Part shown: piece after piece, positions 1-9,884 of the stretch
Numbering within the stretch: the first letter of the stretch is position 1
How the letters are laid out: every line of letters begins with the position of its first letter
Source of the DNA: Minutocellus sp. GHC0000111
Taxonomy: Eukaryota
Assembly: GCA_977018835.1 (NCBI GenBank)
Contig: OZ361257.1
Location: forward strand, 2,294,001 to 2,358,000
DNA length: 64,000 bases
Direction: 5' to 3'
Notes under the pieces: generated by a model
What the model was told of the DNA's origin: nothing
Databases searched by the model: none
Seen by the model: only the letters and a program-made list of their open reading frames with translations
Program-made: the position numbers and the translations under genes

Positions 1-904
1 TCTTGACTCCATCGACAGCAGCTTGGAGTCGATAGCAGAAAGGAGAGCTTTGGGCAGCGTAAAATGCACCGCAAGTCAACCAAACGCCAAGTTTGGTTTC
101 TTCATGTGATTCTTCATCTACTCGCTTCGTCTTTGCATGTAAACTGGGCCATGCAACATATTCCCGATAAAGCAGAAATGCCGTAAGTCGAATCGACCAA
201 ATCAACACCATGAAGGCCTGAAGATTGCTGAGCTTTGGTATTTGAGTGCTGGATGGCAGAGCATTGTAGCAAATCAATGCCGCCAAAGATATTAAACCCA
301 GCGATACTGTATATCCCACGGTTGCAAACCACAAGTAGCTATGAAATCCGAGCGATGATCCCAACAAACTCAGCGTTATCACCGAAAGGGGAGTTAGAGG
401 TCGACTTGGGCTGCCAAATAAGAGAATGGTATTCAGCACAAGTGCCTTGGCTGTTATTGCCGATGTCTTTGCTTTGAGTGCATCTATCGAGACCGTATCC
501 TTGATCTGCTTAAGTTTTTCAATCGGCGCACTCTTCATGAAAGTCATGGCATCCTTCACCTTGGAATGGACGCCAGTGGTAGCTTCACCGGCAGGGGCTT
601 GTGTTGACTCTCCACTGGCACCACCGGAAGAAGTGTCAACGGCATCATTAGCCACAATATCCTTCGCCTGATCCACTGATATGTTTACAAACGCTATCGA
701 TTCTTCTATGCTGTCCGCTACCTCAGCCAAATCGTCACCACCAGCACCAGCACCACCCCGACCAATCCGGCGGATCGATATTGGCAGTTGCGGTGTTATT
801 GACCGCTGATCAGCATGTTGCGACGGTCGCAGCTTCAGCGCCTCGCAGCCACAACACGCCCAAAGAGCAACGAGAAGCGGCGATGCGTGATGATATCGTG
901 GCAT
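1..904 (-). CDS. DUF1295 / steroid 5-alpha-reductase-like membrane protein (3' end runs off the window)
   Basis: Not in the ORF track; translated by hand. It is open from the ATG at 904 (MPRYHHASPLLVALWACCGCEA, signal-like) to the window edge, with hydrophobic helices and the DUF1295-type motif LIWSIRLTAFLLYRE. Confidence 0.65.
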   Translation of the reverse strand, partial: MPRYHHASPLLVALWACCGCEALKLRPSQHADQRSITPQLPISIRRIGRGGAGAGGDDLAEVADSIEESIAFVNISVDQAKDIVANDAVDTSSGGASGESTQAPAGEATTGVHSKVKDAMTFMKSAPIEKLKQIKDTVSIDALKAKTSAITAKALVLNTILLFGSPSRPLTPLSVITLSLLGSSLGFHSYLWFATVGYTVSLGLISLAALICYNALPSSTQIPKLSNLQAFMVLIWSIRLTAFLLYREYVAWPSLHAKTKRVDEESHEETKLGVWLTCGAFYAAQSSPFCYRLQAAVDGVK

Positions 905-1100
905 CGTGGTCGTTTAATCCAGCCACGCACTTGCCAACTGGAGCAACGGCTCCTTCAATACCAAAACTGACAACAGCAAACCTGACATGCCGTTAGCATT
1001 TTCTACGACGTCGTATGGTACGTACGGCTAGGAAGACCAGCACGCACGATGACGTGTTCCCCTCCGCCGTCTCATTTTTTCTGAAGTCTGCAAGTCCACC

Positions 1101-1583
1101 ATGGTGACCCCAACGAAAACCATTCTGCTCTCCATTTTCGCCGCTCTGTCGGCATCATGCGTCGTTGAGGGTTTCTCTCCCTTTCAGCAAAATGCAAGGC
1201 CAGCAGTCTCATCCACCACTCAACTCGGCATGGGTCTGTTCGATGGTATCGCCAAGGCATTTGCCAATGAGGAATATTCGGCTCCGCCGGAGGGAATCAA
1301 GGCCACGGCCCGGCACATCTTGGTGAAGGAAAAGGATCAGGTGGACGTTGTCATGGAGAGGCTTCGGGATGGTGCACCATTTGCCGAGGTTGCTCGCGAA
1401 TTCTCTACCTGTCCCTCTGGATCGTCGGGCGGAAGTCTCGGAAGCTTCTCTCCTGGCACAATGGTCAAGGAATTTGATGCAGTCATATTTGACAAGGAGA
1501 CCAATATTGGCGAATTAATGGGCCCCGTTCAAACTCAATTCGGATACCATTTGATTGTTGTTGATAAGCGAACTGGGGTCTAA
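1101..1583 (+). CDS. ppiC: Parvulin (PpiC-type) peptidyl-prolyl cis-trans isomerase, plastid-targeted
   Basis: Motifs ATARHILV, FAEVAREFSTCPS, GGSLGSF, MVKEFD and QTQFGYHLI. The signal peptide ends VEG-FSPF, an ASAFAP-like junction. Confidence 0.93.
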   Translation: MVTPTKTILLSIFAALSASCVVEGFSPFQQNARPAVSSTTQLGMGLFDGIAKAFANEEYSAPPEGIKATARHILVKEKDQVDVVMERLRDGAPFAEVAREFSTCPSGSSGGSLGSFSPGTMVKEFDAVIFDKETNIGELMGPVQTQFGYHLIVVDKRTGV

Positions 1584-1663
1584 ATGCTGTGTACCGGTCT
1601 TGCATAAAAATGTTTAAAAAATTTTTACATACATCTTCAATAAATATTTTGCATGGATCAAAA

Positions 1664-2536
1664 TCAAAACTTGGATCGCTTTCCCTTTTTGATGGCTCCT
1701 TTCGATCGCTGATTCTTCTTTCCAGCAAGGCCGCCCTTATTGGGAGCAGATGATGGTGACTTTTTGCTCGATATCTTTGCCAATCTCGATATTCTCTTGG
1801 ATGCAGACGAGGATGCTCCTCCTCGTTTGCTTGCGACAGCATCCGCTAGCTTGCTCGATTTTGCCGCGGTTCCTGCTGATCGCACGACAGAAGCAGACGA
1901 CTTGGCATTCACGCTGCTACTTCCCTCCCTCTTGGCACCATGATCATCATTGCCATGCATATGAACCAACGTGGAGAACATGCCTTGACCTAAAAATTCC
2001 ATCCCATCGGATGGTCGTGCCCTGCCACCGACCGTACCTCCCCCCAACAAATGATTGCTTCGGCCATTGTCTCGGCCCTCCACGTCTTGCTTCTCCTTCA
2101 TGGCTGCCAATCGCTTCGTTTGCTCCTGAGCCAGTGCCACGGCATTGGCCTGCATGATGGCCTCCTCCTCGGCCTCTCGCTGAGTACGTTCGGCTTCGCG
2201 CGTCTTTTCACGAAGGAGTGCAGCGGCAGCACTTATTGGTGGAGTTGATGAAGGTCCACCGGCTGATGACGACGAGGATGCGACGGCATCAAACTCTGAT
2301 AAATCGAGTCCTCCAAAGCTTGCCTCGAACACTCCTCCTCCTTTGGGCAAATTGCTGTTGTTGTTGTTGTTGTTGGAGGCTACATTCGTATTATTGGCAG
2401 TGGCATTGGGATTCGTGCCGGGGCGAGATCGACGAATACCAGCGGTAGGGTTGTTATGCGATCCTTCCACGGAGGACGCAAAGCCACTGCTACTGGCACT
2501 AGAAGTTAAACCAGCGGCGCGTTGAAGGCTTGTCAT
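1664..2536 (-). CDS. Hypothetical low-complexity protein with a coiled coil and Lys-rich C-terminus
   Basis: Long ORF; the probable start is MTSLQRAAG at 2536. It is divergent from the next gene across about 200 bp. Confidence 0.6.
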   Translation of the reverse strand: MTSLQRAAGLTSSASSSGFASSVEGSHNNPTAGIRRSRPGTNPNATANNTNVASNNNNNNSNLPKGGGVFEASFGGLDLSEFDAVASSSSSAGGPSSTPPISAAAALLREKTREAERTQREAEEEAIMQANAVALAQEQTKRLAAMKEKQDVEGRDNGRSNHLLGGGTVGGRARPSDGMEFLGQGMFSTLVHMHGNDDHGAKREGSSSVNAKSSASVVRSAGTAAKSSKLADAVASKRGGASSSASKRISRLAKISSKKSPSSAPNKGGLAGKKNQRSKGAIKKGKRSKF

Positions 2537-2743
2537 CGTTGTTCTTCGATTGATTTGAGAAAAAAAGCTTGGCTCTGGCAGATCAAACGGGCGACATACA
2601 GACCACAATCCGTCTTTTTTCGCCCGTCACCAGTCAGTTCAAGCGGCGAAAAGCGTCACATCTCGTGTCGGTCTGTGCCGTATCCTCCACCCGAGGCTCC
2701 TGCGCCCTCCTTAGCTTGCAATTGCACACAAATACCCCTGAAA

Positions 2744-3385
2744 ATGGCCAGTAGAACAGTATTTTCATCGGTCGTGGGCCGTGGCGTCGTTCGGACGGCG
2801 CGAAGTTTGTCCGCTGGCTCCACCTCGTCGGCACCAGCACCAACCAGCTCAACAAGAACTCCCCTGGTGGCCGCGGCAGCGGCTGCCTCTCGTCACTCCA
2901 GCACCGCGGCATCCTCTTCCTCATCATCGTCCTCGGACAACTACGTATCGCCCTTTGCCGACTTCTTCCAGAACATTGCCGACGGCAAGACGACTCTCCA
3001 ATCGCACATCGGCGGGCCCCTCCCAACTCCGGAGGCCCGCGTCCTCAAATGCGGCGTGCCGGAATCGGCCCTCCGCTTCAAGACCGTCAGCTACGGCCGG
3101 ATGATCGTCGAACCTTACGTCCAGCCCGGGGAGCACAAGGTAACCATGAAGGTTGGCATGCACGCCCTGCCCCTGGAGACGGAGCTGGAGCACACCATCT
3201 TCCGACAAATTGTCGGACGGAGGTACATCCCCGAGCGGAACGAACTGAGGTTGACGTCGGACCAGTTTGCCAGCCGGATCGAGAACAAGCGTCATCTCGT
3301 CAGTATGCTGGATCGGATCATTATCAATACCAAGAGGTTGGCCAAGGAGTCGGCGGAGGGAGGTGGTAGTAACGGTGAGGCCTAA
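2744..3385 (+). CDS. MRPS35: Mitochondrial small-subunit ribosomal protein mS35 (MRP-S28/Rsm24 domain)
   Basis: Arg/Ser-rich mitochondrial presequence MASRTVFSS; domain EHKVTMKV...IVGRRY...ELRLTSDQFASRIENKRHL. Confidence 0.8.
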   Translation: MASRTVFSSVVGRGVVRTARSLSAGSTSSAPAPTSSTRTPLVAAAAAASRHSSTAASSSSSSSSDNYVSPFADFFQNIADGKTTLQSHIGGPLPTPEARVLKCGVPESALRFKTVSYGRMIVEPYVQPGEHKVTMKVGMHALPLETELEHTIFRQIVGRRYIPERNELRLTSDQFASRIENKRHLVSMLDRIIINTKRLAKESAEGGGSNGEA

Positions 3386-3869
3386 GCCTACACGTAAGCC
3401 ACTGACGGTGCCAAGCCTATGAATGCCAGCCAGCAGCCTTCTTGATCACCAGTGTTTGTATCTTAAAATAAATAACGAAAATCTCAGAAGATATTTTCAA
3501 TTATGACTATTAGTATTGTTATGACGGCAGTAGCTTGAGAGGCTGATGACCACAGCATCTAAACGGCAAGAAGGCCGCCCGATGCGCCATCAGCGAGCTA
3601 CCCATTGAATATTGATTTTTATGATTTTTCCCCGGACATACAGTAGCAAAGCCCCCGCATAACTATACATTTGCTATTGGTTGGTATTGGGGGGCTTTGA
3701 ACATATAATCCCTGACACAGAACGAGGTTGGAAATTGGGTTGGGATGATGTGTGTATGAAGCTTTGAATAGGTTTTGATGTTGTGTTGTGTGTTGGTTGT
3801 TATGAAAGATCAGACGGTGGTTGATTCATCAGAGTCAGAGAAGGCCGACCGGCTAGTGATTCGATTCAA

Positions 3870-5748
3870 CTATATTGAGGAAGAAGCCGGTTTCTTGGAG
3901 TCAACAACGAGGACATTATTATCGGTCCCATCCTCGTCGTCATCCTCCTTGAGTGGGTGAGATCTGTGATCTCCTATGGAATGAGATGACGCAGATCCAG
4001 CTGAGATGGTGGAATTACCCCTCCGATGACTTGGCGGGGTAGGGGCGGCCTGTCGCACGGCTGCAGCCGCTGCCGCAGGAGTAGGCACAGGGTATGGATA
4101 GGCGGGGTATGCATATCCAGGAGGTGGCGGTGGAAAGCCAGGATGGTGGCGCATTTCGCCTTGGGGCACGTTGGGCGGAGGTGGCATGCTCGGAAATGCC
4201 GGCTGAAAGGCACCGTATGGAGGATGAGCACTAGCAGCACCAGGATGGCGCGGATATCCATGCGCGGCCAAGGCGTACGGAAGGTTCGGAGATTTCGCTG
4301 AAGACGATTCAGGTGGTCCCCTCTCCCTTACCTTGTCCATGGCCATGGCGGCACTCGTAAGTTTCTGCTCGACGAGGTATCAATGAAAAAGGAAGGATGT
4401 TGGTCAATGTTATGTTAGAGAACTGAAAAGAATCATTCCTCGAAATCTCCCCATCTCTACGCATAAAACTCATACGACGTGTGAACTTACCTCCTTGCCT
4501 TCCTGCTGAAATTTTCGCTGGATTGTACTATACCAGTGATTTTTCACATCATTATCGGAACGCCCCGGTAGCTGCTTGGCTATTTGAGCCCAACCATTGC
4601 CATGACGCTGATGTCCGGCAATGAGGATGGATTCCTCCTCCTCAGACCACTCTCCCTTCTTCAGATTAGGATCAAGATGATTGACATAGCGCTCACGACA
4701 CTGCTTTCCCTGACGACCAGGGAGGTACGATGCAATCTTGGCCCACTTACGGCCGTAGATCTCTCTCTTCGCCTTGAGGATTTCATCTTCTTCGGGGGTC
4801 CACGAGCCCTTCCCTTTGATGAGAGATCCCTGGGGATGGATCGCTTTCCACTTGCTCTGGCAGTCGATTGCATTTCTATCTACAAAGTTGGACGCGATTG
4901 CATTCCAATCAGGTCCTGAGTTTGGTTACACGTTGTTGTCAAGGCGAGAAGGGTACGATGGCGGCGAAAGAGGAAATTGTGAGCGGCAGAAAAAGTATGC
5001 AGGTACATCCTCGTCAACCATATCTGCGACGCAACGCATGGAACAAAATCGCATTTATTTACTTACCACCATGTGTATATCCCTCGACGAGTCGTCGAAG
5101 CTTTGAAGTGTCTTCCAAGGACCATGTAGCTTCCTTGACAGCTGGCGACTTTGGCGAGTCCTCAGCGTCCTTGGCACCACCAGTAGTTTTTTCGTCACCA
5201 GCGCCCGGCGAAATTTTATGAATCTGAATGTGGCAAAGAAGGAAGAATGTCGAGTCAGAAATGAACAAATGAGTATACAAAACGTTATTGGACTATGGTG
5301 GTTAGAGAATTCAAGGCATGCGTTCGCAGACATACCGATCCCTTCCGCTTCTTTTCGAGGTGGAGGTAGCGTTGCAAGCACTGGACGGCCGTTCGATCCG
5401 GTACTGACTGGGCGATTTCGTCCCAGTCATCGTCATCTTCCTCATCCGTAACTCCTGGATTACTACCACCACTGCTCTCTTCCTGCTCGCTACGGGCCGC
5501 AAGGACAGCCTCCACGAGGTTGGCGTCCTCCTCAGCCGTCCACGGCCTCTTCTTCGACCTTTTTCTGCTCGTGGAGAGGTGGACGCATCTGCTGCGGTCG
5601 TGATGGCCGTATCTGGACCCACTCCCGCCGGCGCCTTTCGTTTCTCGCCCACCGCTGGTTCCATCGATAACGCTTCGCTTGTGGCCGACGATGCCGCGCC
5701 CATCGCGGCATCCCCGCCGCCCCCAGGGCGGCCGCCTTGGTTCGACAT
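3870..5748 (-). CDS. MYB transcription factor with four Myb/SANT repeats; introns 5224-5335, 4916-5066, 4365-4490; 1-nt frameshift near 5570
   Basis: Hand-spliced at GT-AG sites. Repeats: RPWTAEED..DWDEIA..RTAVQCLQRY; TWSLED..PDWNAIA..RNAIDCQSKW; GSWTPEED..KWAKIA..GRQGKQCRERYVNHLDP; GEWSEEEE..GWAQIAKQLPGRSDNDVKNHW. Pro-rich tail. Confidence 0.88.
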
Positions 5749-6278
5749 GGTCGTCGAAGATGAGTTATGGCACGCCAGAAGCACGCCAGAACATGGCGCA
5801 AAGAAATCTTGGGTGCATTTCCGGGTTATTTTATGTATAACTCCGGGTGTTTCTCTATGAGGGTTAGGGTTGCAGGTTCTTTTGGCTGGCAGGCTTGCCA
5901 AAAAAGGCGGACGCGTCACGATGGTGCGCGTTGGGGAATTTTATCCGCGAAGCTCTGAGCAGTTGGGGAAACTTCCAAAATGAAGTCGAAACAAGCAGGA
6001 AAATAGCACCAATTCATACTTAGAGACTTGATTACATGACCAACCTTTATTACAAGGGCATCAAATTAGAGCATAAAGTCTACGAGTAGCTAGAATAAGA
6101 TCTACGTATATCGAGCTGGTGGGTCAAATGAAAAAAATAATCGCCAGTTCCAAATGGACAAACCACCAGCCATTAACACCGGTACATGTAGTAAGCAATA
6201 ACTGGTAAACTACATACATGTACCCTCTTTCATATATACCAGTATCAAACATCATAATCCTGCATTCAACTCCTATTG

Positions 6279-7286
6279 TCAGTCTATAGCATTATCTCTC
6301 GGCCAACGAGCTAGGAAGATACAATCTGAACCTATCCCAGGAACGAACTCACAATCAGAACTTTCAAAGTCAAAGTTGCACCACGGTATTACCCCCTCCC
6401 CTCTTGATCTATAGCCCCCAAAAGCATTTAATCCAATATCTCCGCCTATCAATTTTGGAGCGATGGTAACGCAGACGCAATGTGCAAGCCCCCTGTTGGC
6501 AAACGCAGTCAATACCGATGCCCCACCCTCGACCATGACGCTACAAATACCTCTTCGCTCCCTCAATTGCAACAAAACATCTTCCAGATCCAGCCCTCTC
6601 CCTTTGGCTTCTCGTCTACATGGTAGAATATCCACTCCAGAAATAATACCACTATCAGTTCGATCTTTCATCGCTTCAAACGCATCTTGAGCACAGCAGA
6701 TGATTGGATTCTGTGCCCGAATATCGCAAGCTTTGTCTCTCTGTATTCTCAACAAACTCTTAAGCTCCGTATCTAAAATCACCGGCCTCGGCTGATGCAC
6801 ATGTTTCACCTCACCATTGCCATCACTTCTTGGCCACATTCTCACATTCAGTCTCGGATTGTCCACCGCGAATGTAGTACCACCAACCAAGACAGCATCA
6901 TGGATGGATCGCAACCCATGCGTCAACCGAAGGGACGACTTTCCGCTCAGCGGAAGGTTGGACGATGTTTCACCAGTGTCAGAATCGATAACTGCGACGC
7001 ACCCGTCCAAACTTTGCGCGTATGTTAGTGTAACAAATGATTTCTTGGCATCACGATCCTGGCTGTGGCCGTACACATCTTGTTGCCAAGTCTGAATTTT
7101 GGACAAAACATAAACAATCACATCATCTTCGGTCGACGATTGGCTTCTCATGTCATGTACTGCTGAACCCAATACAGGCGATTGACCAGCACCAGCACCA
7201 GCACCAGCACCAGCAGAGACGCCTATGATATCCGACAACACCAGCAGCGCTGCCGCCCACTGGCAAACGAGCGCCATTTTGGCCAT
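6279..7286 (-). CDS. Stand-alone RibD C-terminal (Rib7-like) pyrimidine reductase with N-terminal signal peptide
   Basis: Motifs VTLTYAQSLDG, HGLRSIHDAVLVGGTT..DNPRLNVR, PRPVILD, VMVEGGA and VTIAPKLIGG. Confidence 0.85.
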   Translation of the reverse strand: MAKMALVCQWAAALLVLSDIIGVSAGAGAGAGAGQSPVLGSAVHDMRSQSSTEDDVIVYVLSKIQTWQQDVYGHSQDRDAKKSFVTLTYAQSLDGCVAVIDSDTGETSSNLPLSGKSSLRLTHGLRSIHDAVLVGGTTFAVDNPRLNVRMWPRSDGNGEVKHVHQPRPVILDTELKSLLRIQRDKACDIRAQNPIICCAQDAFEAMKDRTDSGIISGVDILPCRREAKGRGLDLEDVLLQLRERRGICSVMVEGGASVLTAFANRGLAHCVCVTIAPKLIGGDIGLNAFGGYRSRGEGVIPWCNFDFESSDCEFVPGIGSDCIFLARWPRDNAID

Positions 7287-7420
7287 TTATGGTGGAATCG
7301 AGTTGAGATGAGTTGAGTTGACACGCGCGGCCCAAACTGAAAGTGAAAGTGAGAAAGCGAAAAGAAACCCGGAGAAAATCTGTATCCATAATTCAACGCC
7401 TCCTCTCACTTTCGAGAACC

Positions 7421-8253
7421 ATGAGCTCCAGCAGCAGCGGCTGGAAGAGCGCCAACCCGCCCGTGTCGCCCCAGAAGGGCAGACGGGTTCGCGATAAGAT
7501 TGAAACATCACCCTCAAGCAGGGCAAAGTGCCAGCGATGCGACCAAAAGATTGCCAAGGGAGAAGAAAGAGTTGGAATTCAAGCAAAAGTCGAAGTAGAA
7601 GGGCTTAAATTCCAACCTTGGCAGCTCAAGTACTACCATGCTCATTGCGTTTCGAGGGCACCACGAGAAAGCTGTTCCTGGAGGATAGTACTGCCGCCAC
7701 TGGAAATAATGCCACCGTCAAAAAGGAGAAGAAAGCGGCAGCAAAGAAGACGGCCAGACCCAAAGCGGTATCTAATGGTGGTCACAACAAGTTGACACCC
7801 AAGATGCGCCGAGACCTGGAACGCGACCTCCGCGAGGTCCGTCGCTGCTTCGCTGTAGAGCAGGACTGCGAGGATCGTGTTTACAAGATATTCCAGAATA
7901 AGTGTCTTGATGAGTTGGTCGCGAACCTCCCTCAAAACCAGGCCGAATTGCTCAAGTGCTGGGGCATCGGAAGGAAGCGCGCTCAGCAATACGGCAGCAC
8001 AATCCTGGCAACAATTCGTCCTTACTTGGCTAGTTCCAGGGCTGCTGGTACTCGTACTCCACAGAGAGCTGCCAATGCGGTTCGCCCCTCGGCGGCAGCT
8101 GCAGCGTCATCTGCCGCTGCTCGGGCAAATGTCGTCGTCGATGATAGCGACGACGATATTGTCGCTGGCCCAACACTCTCTGTTGAGGAGCTTGTCAAGA
8201 AGCGCATGGAAGAGGCCAGGGCCAGAGGAGAAGAATTTGAGATTTTGGATTGA
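7421..8253 (+). CDS. PARP-type zinc finger plus HRDC domain protein; 1-nt frameshift near 7655
   Basis: SPSSRAKCQRCDQKIAKGEERVG...YYHAHC is a zf-PARP C2-HC finger (ORF 7343). The HRDC segment LREVRR..VYKIFQNKCLDELVANLPQNQAELLKCWGIGRKRAQQYGSTIL lies in the overlapping ORF 7618. Confidence 0.75.
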
Positions 8254-8438
8254 TTTGTCAATCTTTGGGCTAATTTTGCCCATCTTGCGTTGTTAAAATA
8301 CATAGTTACGTACTTTAGAACTTGTATGAAGACATGCTTCTAGTCAATATATAGCGACCTCGTAGGTAGAAGTAGTGCCGCGACATGTTTCGAATCAATT
8401 CATTGCAATTATCACTCATAAGTAAAAGTCAAGTTAAG

Positions 8439-9672
8439 TTATTGATACAACCTTATCAACTCGTCTGAGACGGCACTGGGAGTCAATACGCCGAGATCCG
8501 TGAATAGAAGAGTGATATATTTTGCCGGTGTGTAATCGCATGGCGGGTTCTTAATCTTGATTTGATTCGGCTTGAATTGTACAACACCTGGAACGCTCGA
8601 TGCATCCACCTTGCCATATTCACCAGTGCTTACGGCAGCTGCTGGCTTACCGACTAGTCCACCCGTCATCTCCCATGAGGCGGTATCTACAAAGTTCAGT
8701 TTGGCTGCAGGTCCCATCGGGGGAAGATCAGACTGATTCAGAGGATAAAGCCGAGCGAACTTGTACGACTCCGCCGCCACATAGAATGGCTTGCCCAGTT
8801 CCCGTGCGGCGATGCCCATCCCATACGTTCCCATCTTGTTCACGATGCCACCATTCTCCACAACTCCCTCGGCACCAACAATGACCAAGTCTACACTCTC
8901 CATGGCATAAGCCATGGCAGAATCCAGAACCACCGTCGTGGGGATACCAGCATCGGCATAGACCTTAGCCGCCTTTGCACCGGCAGCATCGGGCCGTCCC
9001 TCCAACACTACAATACTAAAGTGCCTGTGCTCTGCCGCCTTGACCAGCAGGTTGGAAACGACACGTGACCAACCATGCGTCAGGACCGTCTGGCCGTCCT
9101 GAATGAAGGCCTGGCCGACCTCGGCAATCCGATCGCGTGCCGCCAGGGAAATACCAGCGAAACGCTCTCCTCGTTCCAGCACCTGAGCGATGCATGCAGC
9201 AAAGTCCGGTAGCTCCAAATAAGCTCGGGTTACGTATCTGAAACAGCAAAAATGTCTCTTGTTAGAGAGGATTACAACGCAATGCAAATGAATGAGTAAG
9301 TCAAATATATATCGCCACGACGACTCACTTCATGAACAACTCGCAACCGGACGCCAGCGCGATGTGACTTCGGCCACCCAACAACTGCAGGCTGCCGGGA
9401 TTCTCCGTCGCGAACGTCATCATCTCCTCGGTGGCACCCCGCAGTTCCTCCTGCAATCCCATCATGGTGGTGGCCTTGGACCGCTGGATGACCCCCAGCA
9501 AACTTTTGATGGCCGCCACCGGCAGGGCGACGGCGGTCCGATGCTCCGTGGGAGAAGCCGCCGATGTGCTACTGCTACTGCTGCCCTGCCCTTCGGCACC
9601 AGACCCCGTCAGGTGCCGACGAAGGTCCTGCAGGACGGGAGAGTCGTCGATCATGGCGGCGTCGGAGCTCAT
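8439..9672 (-). CDS. EIF2B1: Translation initiation factor eIF2B subunit alpha; intron 9238-9328
   Basis: SGCELFMK/YVTR across the splice, VLTHGWSRVV, VGAEGVVENGGIVNKMGTY, AAESYKFARLYPLNQSDLP, DYTPAKYITLLFTDLGVLTPSAVSDELIRLY. Confidence 0.95.
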
Positions 9673-9884
9673 ACTCTGCGACGCTTTGCTTTGCCCTCGA
9701 GTACGAAAAATGAGTCGGTCGCCGGAGCCGAGGGCCGAGGGCGGTAGCAAAATGCTCTGTCTGTCGTCCGTCTATTTCGGTGACGGACAGAGCACGTGCT
9801 GAGAACCAAAGGACTTTGAGATTGTTCTGCCGCAATGAGATAGATCAAAATAAGCCATCTCTTGATACAATTCCCGAAAGAACA

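Noticed and set aside
7186..7215. (CCAGCA)n and similar triplet or hexamer runs (also 2355-2373)
   Set aside because: Coding microsatellites for AG and poly-Asn tracts.
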